24,000 bases of DNA from Moritella sp. (GTDB taxonomy: Bacteria > Pseudomonadota > Gammaproteobacteria > Enterobacterales > Moritellaceae), in NCBI RefSeq assembly GCF_013215705.1, contig NZ_JABSQR010000026.1:50304-74303 (forward strand), read 5' to 3'. The position numbers were made by a program, and so were the translations under genes. The notes beneath the pieces were generated by a model. It was not told the origin of the DNA. It was given only the letters and a program-made list of their open reading frames with translations, and made no database searches. The stretch's first letter is position 1. Each line of letters opens with the position of its first letter. This document shows, piece after piece, positions 10,093 through 18,676 of the stretch.

Positions 10093-11145
10093 ATGTTTGT
10101 TAATAGCCGTTGGCCATTGTTGTTACCTAGTTTGGTGTTGTGCTGCCTTGCTTCTATGGTGGTGTTATCTGTTTCAGTTGGGCCAATGGCAATCTCGTTT
10201 GTCGATAGTATCAAAGCATTATTGGTGAATTGGGTTAATTGGCAATCGCCAGTAAGTACTCAAAACGTCATCGTGGTGAGTAATATTCGCTTGCCTCGCA
10301 CACTACTTTGTTTATCCATTGGCGCTATATTGGGTTTAACCGGTGCGGTTATGCAAGGGGTGTTTCGTAATCCGCTAGCGGATCCTGGTATTATGGGCGT
10401 CAGCAGTGGTGCGGCACTGGGGGCGGGTTTAGGTATTGTTATTTTTGCCGACGTGATGGTTGATTTACCTAATTGGTTACAGCTTAGTACGGTATCTTTT
10501 TTTGCGTTTACCTTTGCATTAGCGGTTTGTTTACTGGTCTACAAATTAGGGACCAGTAGCCAAGGCAGCTCTGTGGTGGTGATGCTGCTGGCCGGTGTGG
10601 CCATTAGTGCGATTGCCGGGGCGGGTATGGGCATGCTAACTTATATTGCCGATGATCAAAGCTTGCGTGATTTGAGTTTATGGCAAATGGGCTCAATGGC
10701 GGGCAGTAATTGGCTCAGTATTACTCTCAGCAGTATTACGCTGGTATTTTTGTTGGTGGTATTTATGTCATCAGCGAAAGCATTGAATATTCTATTACTC
10801 GGTGATGCAGAAGCTGTCCACCTCGGCATCGATATTGTGCGCTTAAAACGACGTTTAATCTTTTGTTGTGCGATAGGGCTAGGTATCGCGGTATCGATTG
10901 CTGGGATGATCGGATTTATTGGGCTGATTATTCCGCATCTGGTGCGTTTGTTAGTTGGGCCTAATCACCAACGTGTATTGCCATTATCGGCCATGTTCGG
11001 CGCATTATTGCTATTACTTGCGGATATACTTGCGCGTACTGTGATGGCGCCAAGTGAAGTGCCTGTGGGTATTATTACTGCGTTATTAGGCAGTCCTTTC
11101 TTTATTATTTTATTGTTACAACAACGCTCTAAGTTAGGGATATAA
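10093..11145 (+). CDS. hutC: hemin ABC transporter permease (FecCD family)
   Basis: 350 aa and multi-pass hydrophobic. FecCD-type blocks are present: RLPRTLLCLSIGAILGLTGAVMQGVFRNPLADPGIMGVSSGAALG and GMIGFIGLIIPHLVRLLVGPNH. Confidence 0.9.
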   Translation: MFVNSRWPLLLPSLVLCCLASMVVLSVSVGPMAISFVDSIKALLVNWVNWQSPVSTQNVIVVSNIRLPRTLLCLSIGAILGLTGAVMQGVFRNPLADPGIMGVSSGAALGAGLGIVIFADVMVDLPNWLQLSTVSFFAFTFALAVCLLVYKLGTSSQGSSVVVMLLAGVAISAIAGAGMGMLTYIADDQSLRDLSLWQMGSMAGSNWLSITLSSITLVFLLVVFMSSAKALNILLLGDAEAVHLGIDIVRLKRRLIFCCAIGLGIAVSIAGMIGFIGLIIPHLVRLLVGPNHQRVLPLSAMFGALLLLLADILARTVMAPSEVPVGIITALLGSPFFIILLLQQRSKLGI

Positions 11146-11148
11146 ACT

Positions 11149-11937
11149 ATGTTAAGCATGACCGCACCGGTACTGCATTGCCAGCAGCTTAATTATAGTA
11201 TTGCCGGTAAATGTATTTTTAATGATCTCAATTTGACGTTAGATGAAGGGGAGTTTTTGGCTGTTCTAGGCCCTAATGGTGCGGGTAAAAGTTCATTGTT
11301 CAAAGCCATTACCGGAGAGTTGAAACCTACTTCGGGGACGATATTCTTAAATGGCGAAATGCGTACAGATATTAGTATGAGTGACATTGCCAAAACACTG
11401 GCAGTATTACCACAAAGCGCCAACTTAAGTTTCTCATTTCAGGTGATTGATGTGGTACTGATGGGCGGCTTACAGGCGGGCTGTGGTCAAGCTAAAGTGC
11501 AGGATCTCGCTGATAAAATCTTAGCGGAACAAGAGATTGTCCATTTAAGAAACCGTGCTTATCCAACATTATCAGGTGGTGAGAAACAGCGGGTGCATTT
11601 CTCTCGGGTATTATTACAGCTGGCTGTGGGTAATAAGAACAAACCACAGTTATTATTATTGGATGAGCCTACCGCGGCTTTGGATATCAATTATCAACAT
11701 CAATTATTAAAGAGCGCCAAGCATTTAGCACAGGCGGGTGTGGCGGTTATAGCGGTATTACATGATCTTAATTTGGCGGCCAAGTATGCTGACCGGATCA
11801 TTTTATTGAAGGACGGTAATATCTGCGCTAATGGCTGTGCCAAGCAAGTGGTGACAACCGATAATATTCGTCACGTTTATGGTTATGAAAGTACAGTGAT
11901 TAATCATGCCGAGTTTTCACATCCAATTATCATGTAG
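11149..11937 (+). CDS. hutD: hemin ABC transporter ATP-binding protein
   Basis: 262 aa with Walker A GPNGAGKSS, ABC signature LSGGEKQRV and Walker B LLLLDEPTAALD. The start lies 3 nt after the hutC stop. Confidence 0.9.
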   Translation: MLSMTAPVLHCQQLNYSIAGKCIFNDLNLTLDEGEFLAVLGPNGAGKSSLFKAITGELKPTSGTIFLNGEMRTDISMSDIAKTLAVLPQSANLSFSFQVIDVVLMGGLQAGCGQAKVQDLADKILAEQEIVHLRNRAYPTLSGGEKQRVHFSRVLLQLAVGNKNKPQLLLLDEPTAALDINYQHQLLKSAKHLAQAGVAVIAVLHDLNLAAKYADRIILLKDGNICANGCAKQVVTTDNIRHVYGYESTVINHAEFSHPIIM

Positions 11938-12006
11938 TGCTGTTTGTTTGTACGCTTTACGGCTACAATCGACCATTCAATAAGTGATAGATAGCAAGAT
12001 GTAGTC

Positions 12007-12819
12007 ATGAATAGTGGATGTAATGAACACAGGGTTAATCACAACGTAAATATTAGCCATGAACAGCAAGCATTGATTACGCGCGTGATCGTGCGTGCCG
12101 GGCAGTTATTACAAGCTTATAACGCTGAAAGTCGAATTATAGAACAGACAACGGAACGCCTTGGCATAGCATTTGGGCTAGAAAGCGTCGAAATTGCACT
12201 GACCTCTAAAGCCATCATTCTTACCTCTCGATTTGGCGATAACTGCATAACGACCACGCGTACGATGAAAGCCCATGGTATAGATATGGGGATCGTGTGT
12301 GAAGTACAACGCATTTGTATCCTTGCCGAAAAGCAGATTTATGACGTCGAGCAGGTAAAGCAACGTTTAGATAACTTAGCGGTGTCGAAATACAATTCAG
12401 TCATCGTCGCTTTTTTTGTGGCTTTATCCTGTGCCTGCTTTAGTCACTTATTTGGTGGCGATAGCATTATATTTATCTGCACTTGGTTAACGAGTTTCAT
12501 TGCGATGCGTATTCGCCAATGGTTAACTCAATTACACCATAACTTACTCACGGTGTTTTTTATAACGGCATTCACCGCCACCTTTATAGGTAGTTTTGCC
12601 AGCGGCCTTGGTTGGGGTAATGAACCTGAGCTGATCATGATCACCAGTGTGTTACAACTCGTGCCTGGTTTTCCATTAATTAATGCGGTATCAGATATGG
12701 TCAAAGGCCATGTCACCATCGGTATGGCACGATGGATGACGGCAACATTGTTAACACTTGCTTCTGCACTCGGTATTGTCTTGGCGGTGCAGTTAGCGCA
12801 ACAAGGAGGCTGGCTATGA
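12007..12819 (+). CDS. yjjP: ThrE-family (DUF1212) putative exporter subunit, YjjP-like
   Basis: 270 aa. An N-terminal soluble region is followed by about 5 TM segments. The pattern LLQAYNAESRIIEQTTERLGIAFGL...VEIALTSKAIILTS is typical of YjjP/ThrE N-terminal halves. It is paired with a YjjB-like gene through an ATGA overlap. Confidence 0.8.
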   Translation: MNSGCNEHRVNHNVNISHEQQALITRVIVRAGQLLQAYNAESRIIEQTTERLGIAFGLESVEIALTSKAIILTSRFGDNCITTTRTMKAHGIDMGIVCEVQRICILAEKQIYDVEQVKQRLDNLAVSKYNSVIVAFFVALSCACFSHLFGGDSIIFICTWLTSFIAMRIRQWLTQLHHNLLTVFFITAFTATFIGSFASGLGWGNEPELIMITSVLQLVPGFPLINAVSDMVKGHVTIGMARWMTATLLTLASALGIVLAVQLAQQGGWL

Positions 12820-13283
12820 GTGAACTATTACTGATGCTGGTGGATGATGCGGTGTTTGCGGGTATCGCTGCATTCGGCTTTGCACTGTTATTCAATGTGC
12901 CCAGGCAAGCGCTTGTGGCCTGTGTGTTATTTGCCGCCAGTGCCCATGCGGTACGCTCACTGTTATTACACGTAAACGTGCCGATTGAGTGGGCATCATT
13001 TATTGCTGCGACCTTACTGGGGCTGGCAACTGTACCTTGGTCTCGGAAAGTGGTGATCCCACGGCCTGTGGTGACGGTTGCCGCTATTATTCCGATGATC
13101 CCTGGGGTGTATGCGTATAAAACCATGACCGGGTTGATGACGTTACACCATCAAGGTTATAACGCTGTGTTACAGCAGCAAATTGTTGAAAATGGTTTAT
13201 TGACTATTTTTATTTTGATTGGCTTAAGCTTTGGTCTGGCGATTGCGCCTGTGCTGGTGTACCGTAACAAGCCTATAGTTTGA
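12816..13283 (+). CDS. yjjB: ThrE-family exporter small subunit, YjjB-like (DUF3815)
   Basis: I place the start at ATG 12816, preceded by AAGGAGG and overlapping the yjjP TGA (ATGA). The tracked ORF start at 12732 lies inside yjjP and is unlikely. The product is 155 aa with 4-5 TM segments (MSELLLMLVDDAVFAGIAAFGFALLFNVP...), the same size as E. coli YjjB. Confidence 0.8.
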   Translation: MSELLLMLVDDAVFAGIAAFGFALLFNVPRQALVACVLFAASAHAVRSLLLHVNVPIEWASFIAATLLGLATVPWSRKVVIPRPVVTVAAIIPMIPGVYAYKTMTGLMTLHHQGYNAVLQQQIVENGLLTIFILIGLSFGLAIAPVLVYRNKPIV

Positions 13284-13296
13284 TTAAGGAGCCGTT

Positions 13297-13785
13297 GTGA
13301 TTGTTTCCATGATTGCCGCACTGGCAAATAACCGCGTAATTGGTTTAGATAATAAGATGCCGTGGCATTTACCTGCTGAGTTACAACTGTTTAAACGTGC
13401 AACGTTAGGTAAGCCTATTGTAATGGGGCGTAATACCTTTGAATCAATTGGTCGTCCATTACCGGGACGTTTAAATATCGTATTAAGTCGCCAAACAGAT
13501 TATCAACCAGAAGGTGTGACTGTTGTGGCGACCTTAGAAGATGCTGTTGTGGCTGCTGGTGATGTGGAAGAGTTAATGATCATTGGTGGTGCTACGATTT
13601 ATAACCAGTGCTTGGCTGCTGCTGACCGTTTGTATTTGACGCATATTGAATTAACGATCGAAGGGGATACTTGGTTCCCTGATTATGAGCAGTACAATTG
13701 GCAAGAAATTGAACATGAATCTTATGCGGCAGATGATAAAAACCCGCATGATTACCATTTTAGTTTACTCGAACGAGTGAAGTAG
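13297..13785 (+). CDS. folA: dihydrofolate reductase
   Basis: 162 aa. MIAALANNRVIGLDNKMPWHLPAELQLFKRATLGKPIVMGRNTFESIGRPLPGR is collinear with E. coli FolA. The GTG start at 13297 has an AAGGAG RBS 5 nt upstream. ATG 13309 is an alternative start. Confidence 0.95.
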   Translation: MIVSMIAALANNRVIGLDNKMPWHLPAELQLFKRATLGKPIVMGRNTFESIGRPLPGRLNIVLSRQTDYQPEGVTVVATLEDAVVAAGDVEELMIIGGATIYNQCLAAADRLYLTHIELTIEGDTWFPDYEQYNWQEIEHESYAADDKNPHDYHFSLLERVK

Positions 13786-13826
13786 TCATGTGTTAACTGA
13801 CGAGTGACATTACTCTGAACTAAACT

Positions 13827-13868
13827 GGAAAATAAAATGCCGCGCTAGTGATAGCGCGGCATTTTTTT
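13827..13868. terminator. bidirectional intrinsic terminator shared by convergent folA and putP
   Basis: A perfect 11-bp GC-rich stem ATGCCGCGCTA (13837-13847) / TAGCGCGGCAT (13852-13862) has loop GTGA. It is followed by T6 on the + strand and by TTTATTTT on the - strand. Confidence 0.88.
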
Positions 13869-13888
13869 ATCGTTATTGCTGGTGGTTG

Positions 13889-15379
13889 TTACGCCATGGT
13901 ATCTAAACCAGACTCGAACTCGTCGAATTGCGCGTGGATACTTTGGTCTTCTTGTTTACCTATCAGTGAAATGATAATAATCGCTAGAGAAGCAAAGATG
14001 ATTCCTGGTACGATCTCATACAGGTCAAAAATACCGCCACTTAATTGTTTCCATACTACAACCGTTACCGCACCAATAATAATACCCGCAAGCGCGCCAT
14101 TACGCGTCATACCACGCCAATATAGTGAGATAATTAATGCCGGGCCAAATGCGGCACCAAAACCAGCCCATGCATAAGATACTAAACCCAGTACCGAGCT
14201 ATCAGGGTTAAGGGCAAGCAACAATGCAATGATTGACAGACCAACCACACCAAAACGACCAACAGTAACAAGTTCTTCACTTGTTGCTTGTGGACGTATT
14301 AGCTGCTTGTAGAAATCTTCAGCCAGTGCCGATGATGATACTAGTAGTTGTGAATCCGCTGTACTCATGATTGCAGCTAAGATAGCGGCAAGCAGAATAC
14401 CAGCAATAACAGGGTGGAATATGCTGTTTACTAATAACATGAAGATAGTTTCAGCATCATCGATAGTGATGTTGTTAGTATTGGTGTAAACCAGCCCAAC
14501 GAGACCGACTAGCATTGCACCAAACATCGACAATGAAGTCCAAACAACCGCAATACGGCGTGCTTTAACCAGATCTTTATTGCTACGTGTTGCTTTGAAA
14601 CGCGCAAGAATATGTGGCTGACCGAAGTAACCTAGGCCCCAAGCGGCTAATGAGATAATAGCAATAGCGCTAAGGTCTTCACCTTTGCTGTTCTGCCAGA
14701 TCGTCAGTAGTTCTGGATTAATATCTGCCATTGCCGATGCTAGATCGCTAAAGCTTCCATCCATTGCGCTAAGTGGCACGATTAATAGTGCTGCTGACAT
14801 TAATAGACCTTGTACTAAATCAGTCCAAGAAACTGCAAGGAAACCACCGAATAGCGTATAAGAAACCACACATACAGTACCGAGTACAACTGCGACTTGA
14901 TAATCTAGACCAAATACTGTTTCAAATAATTTACCGCCAGCCACTAAGCCTGAACTGGTATAGAACAAGAAGAACATCAGGATAAAGAATGCCGAACAAA
15001 TTTGAATTGCTTTTGAGTTGTCTTTAAAACGACGCGATAGGAATTCTGGCAGGGTAATTGATTTGGTGACGATACTGTAGGTACGTAAACGTTTTGCGAC
15101 AATTAGCCAGTTTAACCAAGTACCAATTAATAAACCACCTGCTAACCAGATCGCTTCCATGCCTGCGGCATACGCGTAACCAGGTAAGCCAAGTAATAAC
15201 CAACCACTCATATCTGAAGCACCTGCAGATAGCGCTGCTGGCCAAGGACCTAAATTACGCCCACCTAAAAAGTAGTCCGTTGCACTTTTGGTTTGTCGAT
15301 AAGCATACACACCGATACCCAGCATAACAGCAAGGTAAACAAGGAATGTAGCTGTAATAATGAAATTATTTTCAATCAT
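13889..15379 (-). CDS. putP: sodium/proline symporter (SSS family)
   Basis: 496 aa. YFLGGRNLGPWPAALSAGASDMSGWLLLGLPGYAY and the overall roughly 13-TM layout are collinear with E. coli PutP (about 500 aa). Confidence 0.9.
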   Translation of the reverse strand: MIENNFIITATFLVYLAVMLGIGVYAYRQTKSATDYFLGGRNLGPWPAALSAGASDMSGWLLLGLPGYAYAAGMEAIWLAGGLLIGTWLNWLIVAKRLRTYSIVTKSITLPEFLSRRFKDNSKAIQICSAFFILMFFLFYTSSGLVAGGKLFETVFGLDYQVAVVLGTVCVVSYTLFGGFLAVSWTDLVQGLLMSAALLIVPLSAMDGSFSDLASAMADINPELLTIWQNSKGEDLSAIAIISLAAWGLGYFGQPHILARFKATRSNKDLVKARRIAVVWTSLSMFGAMLVGLVGLVYTNTNNITIDDAETIFMLLVNSIFHPVIAGILLAAILAAIMSTADSQLLVSSSALAEDFYKQLIRPQATSEELVTVGRFGVVGLSIIALLLALNPDSSVLGLVSYAWAGFGAAFGPALIISLYWRGMTRNGALAGIIIGAVTVVVWKQLSGGIFDLYEIVPGIIFASLAIIIISLIGKQEDQSIHAQFDEFESGLDTMA

Positions 15380-15589
15380 GTATATAAGCCTTAGTTGTAA
15401 AGTTGTTATTTTTTACTTTTTATTTTTATAGCTAAACTCAACCAAATCATATCAATATACTTGTTCGCGGTGATATTGATGTGGGTTGGCTAAAAATTAG
15501 GGTGCAGTATATACGAATAATTATGTCATTACTTAACATAAGAGCAACACTGTGATAACCCGCTTATTATTTAATCTCACTCCAGTCAA

Positions 15590-16414
15590 TTATGTCGCAT
15601 GAACTTGGCATGGAACACAAAAAACTGCTTTATCTTCCCATCGCAACATGGTCAGGCTGTTGCCCCATACACAACCAGTATCAAGTGTTGTCGCATTTTC
15701 ATGGTTGCAATTGCCTTCTAGTGCAGCCCAATGACCGAAAATGACATGGGCGCCATCAAGGTGTGAACCCGCGACTTCATACCAAGGAATATGCTGCATA
15801 TTATTATTTTTTGCCGGAGAATGCTTGTTGTGAAACTCCAACTGTCCATCCGGTGCACAAAAACGCATACGCGTAAATGCATTAATAATAAAACGTAAGC
15901 GGTCAAAACCTTGTAACGTCTCTAACCAATAGTCGGGTTGTGCGCCGTACATATTCTCGAGTAATGCCAAGTAGTTATCACCACGCAGTTGTTCATGAAC
16001 TTCTTCGGCATATTGTTTTGCTTGTTGCTGGCTCCATTGAGGGCTAATACCAGCATGCACCATAATAATATTGAATTCGTCATGGTTCGCAAGCAATGGT
16101 TGCTGACGTAACCATAATAACAATTCATCTTTATCTTCTGCTGCAAAGATCGCCTGCGTTTTATCCTTAGGGTTTAGCTTAGCTAATCCTGCGTCAATTG
16201 CGAGTAAATGTAAGTCATGATTGCCAAGTACTGTGACAGCCGCAGAGCCTAGCTGCCTAACAAAACGCAGTGTTTCTAATGATTTAGGGCCGCGGGCAAC
16301 AAGATCCCCTGTTAACCAAAGTTTATCTTGGCGTGGATCAAAATTAGCTTGCTGTAACAAATGCTGCAGATCGTCGAAACAACCTTGAATATCACCAACA
16401 AAATAAGTTGCCAT
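15590..16414 (-). CDS. apaH: bis(5'-nucleosyl)-tetraphosphatase, symmetrical
   Basis: 274 aa. MATYFVGDIQGC, LWLTGDLVARGP and GNHDLHLL are metallophosphatase motifs, and the protein is collinear with E. coli ApaH. Its position downstream of apaG is conserved. Confidence 0.96.
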   Translation of the reverse strand: MATYFVGDIQGCFDDLQHLLQQANFDPRQDKLWLTGDLVARGPKSLETLRFVRQLGSAAVTVLGNHDLHLLAIDAGLAKLNPKDKTQAIFAAEDKDELLLWLRQQPLLANHDEFNIIMVHAGISPQWSQQQAKQYAEEVHEQLRGDNYLALLENMYGAQPDYWLETLQGFDRLRFIINAFTRMRFCAPDGQLEFHNKHSPAKNNNMQHIPWYEVAGSHLDGAHVIFGHWAALEGNCNHENATTLDTGCVWGNSLTMLRWEDKAVFCVPCQVHAT

Positions 16415-16473
16415 GTATAAGTTACCTTTCTAGCTGAACGTGAAGAAGTATGTGCGTTAACGCGTTTAATCGA

Positions 16474-16851
16474 TTAGTGCAACAGATTCGGCGTGACAAG
16501 ACGAAATGGCTCGACCATGATCACCACTAATTCACTGGCATTGAGTTGTACTTCGATCTTTCCTTGCACGATACTCAATGGAGAATGGGTAATTATATCA
16601 TTGCTATAGCAAAAATCTTGCTGTGAAGAGATAAGATAGTCATTATCTTGAAAAGGATTGTTTAATTTGGAAACCGTGCCGTCACCGTCAGTGAGTAATA
16701 GCTGGATACTTGATAAGTTAACAGACTGGCTTAATGGATTGGTTAACGTAATAGTATAAGTAAAGAAGTACCTGTGTTGTGCTGGTACAGATACTTCTTC
16801 GACATATTCGGTGTCAATGATAAGAGTGAATGAATCTGCGACACTTACCAT
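16474..16851 (-). CDS. apaG: ApaG (DUF525) protein, divergent
   Basis: 125 aa, the same length as E. coli ApaG. The conserved edges HRYFFTYTITLTN and EPFRLVTPNLLH are retained, and the gene sits in the conserved rsmA-apaG-apaH slot. The central conserved loop is not retained (see findings). Confidence 0.85.
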   Translation of the reverse strand: MVSVADSFTLIIDTEYVEEVSVPAQHRYFFTYTITLTNPLSQSVNLSSIQLLLTDGDGTVSKLNNPFQDNDYLISSQQDFCYSNDIITHSPLSIVQGKIEVQLNASELVVIMVEPFRLVTPNLLH

Positions 16852-16865
16852 TGATACGGACCGTC

Positions 16866-17684
16866 TTAATCCACTGTTTTCATTGGATTATCGGTGACGA
16901 AATTGGCTATCGTAACATAGTTTTCAAGCGTCAAGTTTTCTGGACGTAGAGACACGTTAATACCTAGCGCTGCAATGTCATCAACCGAAATCACCTTTTT
17001 CAAGCTATTACGAATGGTTTTACGACGTTGATTAAAGGCATTTCTCACTACATGGTTAAGTACTTTTAAGTTTTTTGCTGGATGCGGTAATACAGTATGT
17101 GGTTCTAAACGAACCACCGCTGAATCTACTTTTGGTGCCGGTCTGAATGCTTCAGGGCCGACTTCAAGTACCGGTGTTACTTTACAGTAGTATTGCGTCA
17201 TTACTGTTAAGCGACCGTAACTTTTAGTGTTATGGTTAGCGGCTAAACGTTGTACCACTTCTTTTTGTAACATGAAGTGCATATCTTGGATATCTTCATG
17301 GAACTGAAATAAGTGGAACATTAACGGCGTTGAAATATTGTAAGGTAAATTACCAAAAATACGCATTTTCGTGTTCGGTTTGATTAACTGATTAAAATCA
17401 AAACGCATTGCGTCTGCTTGGTTAATGTCTAACTTTTTAGATAGTACCGGGTGTTGCTCTAGGCGTTCAGCAAGATCTCTATCCAGCTCTACGACTGTCA
17501 TTTTATCGAGACAAGCTGCTACAGGCTCGGTTAAGGCGCCTAAGCCGGGACCAATTTCAATTAGGTTTTCACCTTTTTGCGGGTTAATCGATGCAACGAT
17601 TTGATCAATTACATAGGCATCATGTAAGAAGTTTTGACCAAAACGTTTTTTCGCGGTGTGACCTAAATGGACCTTGTCGTTCAT
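16866..17684 (-). CDS. rsmA: 16S rRNA (adenine1518-N6/adenine1519-N6)-dimethyltransferase
   Basis: 272 aa. [11 protein letters not shown], the SAM-binding [10 protein letters not shown] and [11 protein letters not shown] motifs are present. The start overlaps the pdxA stop (ATGA at 17681-17684) as in E. coli. Confidence 0.96.
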   Translation of the reverse strand: MNDKVHLGHTAKKRFGQNFLHDAYVIDQIVASINPQKGENLIEIGPGLGALTEPVAACLDKMTVVELDRDLAERLEQHPVLSKKLDINQADAMRFDFNQLIKPNTKMRIFGNLPYNISTPLMFHLFQFHEDIQDMHFMLQKEVVQRLAANHNTKSYGRLTVMTQYYCKVTPVLEVGPEAFRPAPKVDSAVVRLEPHTVLPHPAKNLKVLNHVVRNAFNQRRKTIRNSLKKVISVDDIAALGINVSLRPENLTLENYVTIANFVTDNPMKTVD

Positions 17685-18664
17685 GCGTGTTTCTCTATCA
17701 TTTCTATTGCTTGGTTTACTGCTGTAAACATACTGCCGGCGTCGGCTGTTCCAGTACCTGCAAGTTCAATTGCAGTACCGTGATCAACTGATGTACGGAT
17801 AAAAGGTAAACCCAGGGTGATATTTACTGAGCTGCCAAAACCAACCGATTTTAATACCGGTAATCCTTGGTCATGATACATTGCTAATACAACGTCAGCA
17901 TCATCAAGATACTTAGGTTGGAACAAGGTATCTGCAGGGAGGGGACCTGTCAAATCCATACCCTCATCACGAAGTTTCATTAACGTCGGAGAGATGATCT
18001 CAATCTCTTCGCGACCTAGATGTCCATCTTCACCTGCATGTGGATTGAGTCCACATACATAAATTTTTGGTCGTTCAATGCCAAACTTAGTTTTCATTTC
18101 AGCGTGAAGGATGCGAATAATATTACTTAATCGCTCTTCTGTGATCGCTTTTGCGACATACGCCAGTGGAATATGTGTGGTTACTAACGCAACACGTAGC
18201 CCCGTTGTTGCCAGCAGCATCACTACGTCAGCTGTTTCTGATTGCTGCGCAAAAAACTCAGTATGACCGCTAAAAGATACGCCGGCTTTATTAATAATGC
18301 CTTTGTTAACAGGGCCAGTGACGACAGCGCTAAATTCTGCAGACATATTCCCTTCACATGCAAATTGCAGTGTATCTAATACATAGCGACCATTCGCTAC
18401 ATCAAGCTTACCGGGTTCTGCGGATACCGCCATTTGCATAGGGGCGATAGTTAACGTACCAGCACGTTGTGGTTGTGCTGGTAGACTTGGATCATAGTCG
18501 ATTAATTTAATCGTTTTACCAAGTATTTTTGCTCGAGATAAAATCAGCTCAGGATCGGCACAAAGCACCAATTCTACTGGCCAGTCTTGCTTCGTTAATT
18601 CCAGCACTAGGTCTGGGCCAATACCAGCAGGCTCACCTGGAGTAATTGCTATACGATGAGTCAC
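17681..18664 (-). CDS. pdxA: 4-hydroxythreonine-4-phosphate dehydrogenase
   Basis: 327 aa. [40 protein letters not shown] and TSVDHGTA are present. The GTG start has an AGGTGA RBS 5 nt upstream. Confidence 0.96.
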   Translation of the reverse strand: MTHRIAITPGEPAGIGPDLVLELTKQDWPVELVLCADPELILSRAKILGKTIKLIDYDPSLPAQPQRAGTLTIAPMQMAVSAEPGKLDVANGRYVLDTLQFACEGNMSAEFSAVVTGPVNKGIINKAGVSFSGHTEFFAQQSETADVVMLLATTGLRVALVTTHIPLAYVAKAITEERLSNIIRILHAEMKTKFGIERPKIYVCGLNPHAGEDGHLGREEIEIISPTLMKLRDEGMDLTGPLPADTLFQPKYLDDADVVLAMYHDQGLPVLKSVGFGSSVNITLGLPFIRTSVDHGTAIELAGTGTADAGSMFTAVNQAIEMIEKHA

Positions 18665-18676
18665 ATTTTCACCTGT

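Noticed and set aside
7774-12006. The heme-utilisation cluster considered as a horizontally acquired genomic island or mobile element.
   Set aside because: There is no integrase or transposase, no flanking tRNA, no direct repeats at the borders, and no composition shift obvious by eye relative to neighbouring core genes.
12713-13126. 137-aa minus-strand ORF antisense to yjjB, and the 5' extension of the tracked + ORF beginning at 12732.
   Set aside because: The antisense product is Ala/Thr/Ser-rich low complexity. The + strand extension overlaps the end of yjjP, whereas an ATG with a strong AAGGAGG RBS at 12816 gives a YjjB-sized protein.
13848-14177. 109-aa + strand ORF overlapping the 3' end of putP. 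Other + strand ORFs lie inside putP (14773-14985, 15094-15327).
   Set aside because: The first begins inside the folA/putP terminator hairpin and runs antisense to a confidently assigned transporter gene. None has an RBS or any motif.
16454-16463. Perfect 10-bp palindrome GCGTTAACGC between apaG and apaH.
   Set aside because: It is a short, isolated palindrome in a 59-bp spacer. It could be chance or a restriction-type site, and there is no supporting context.
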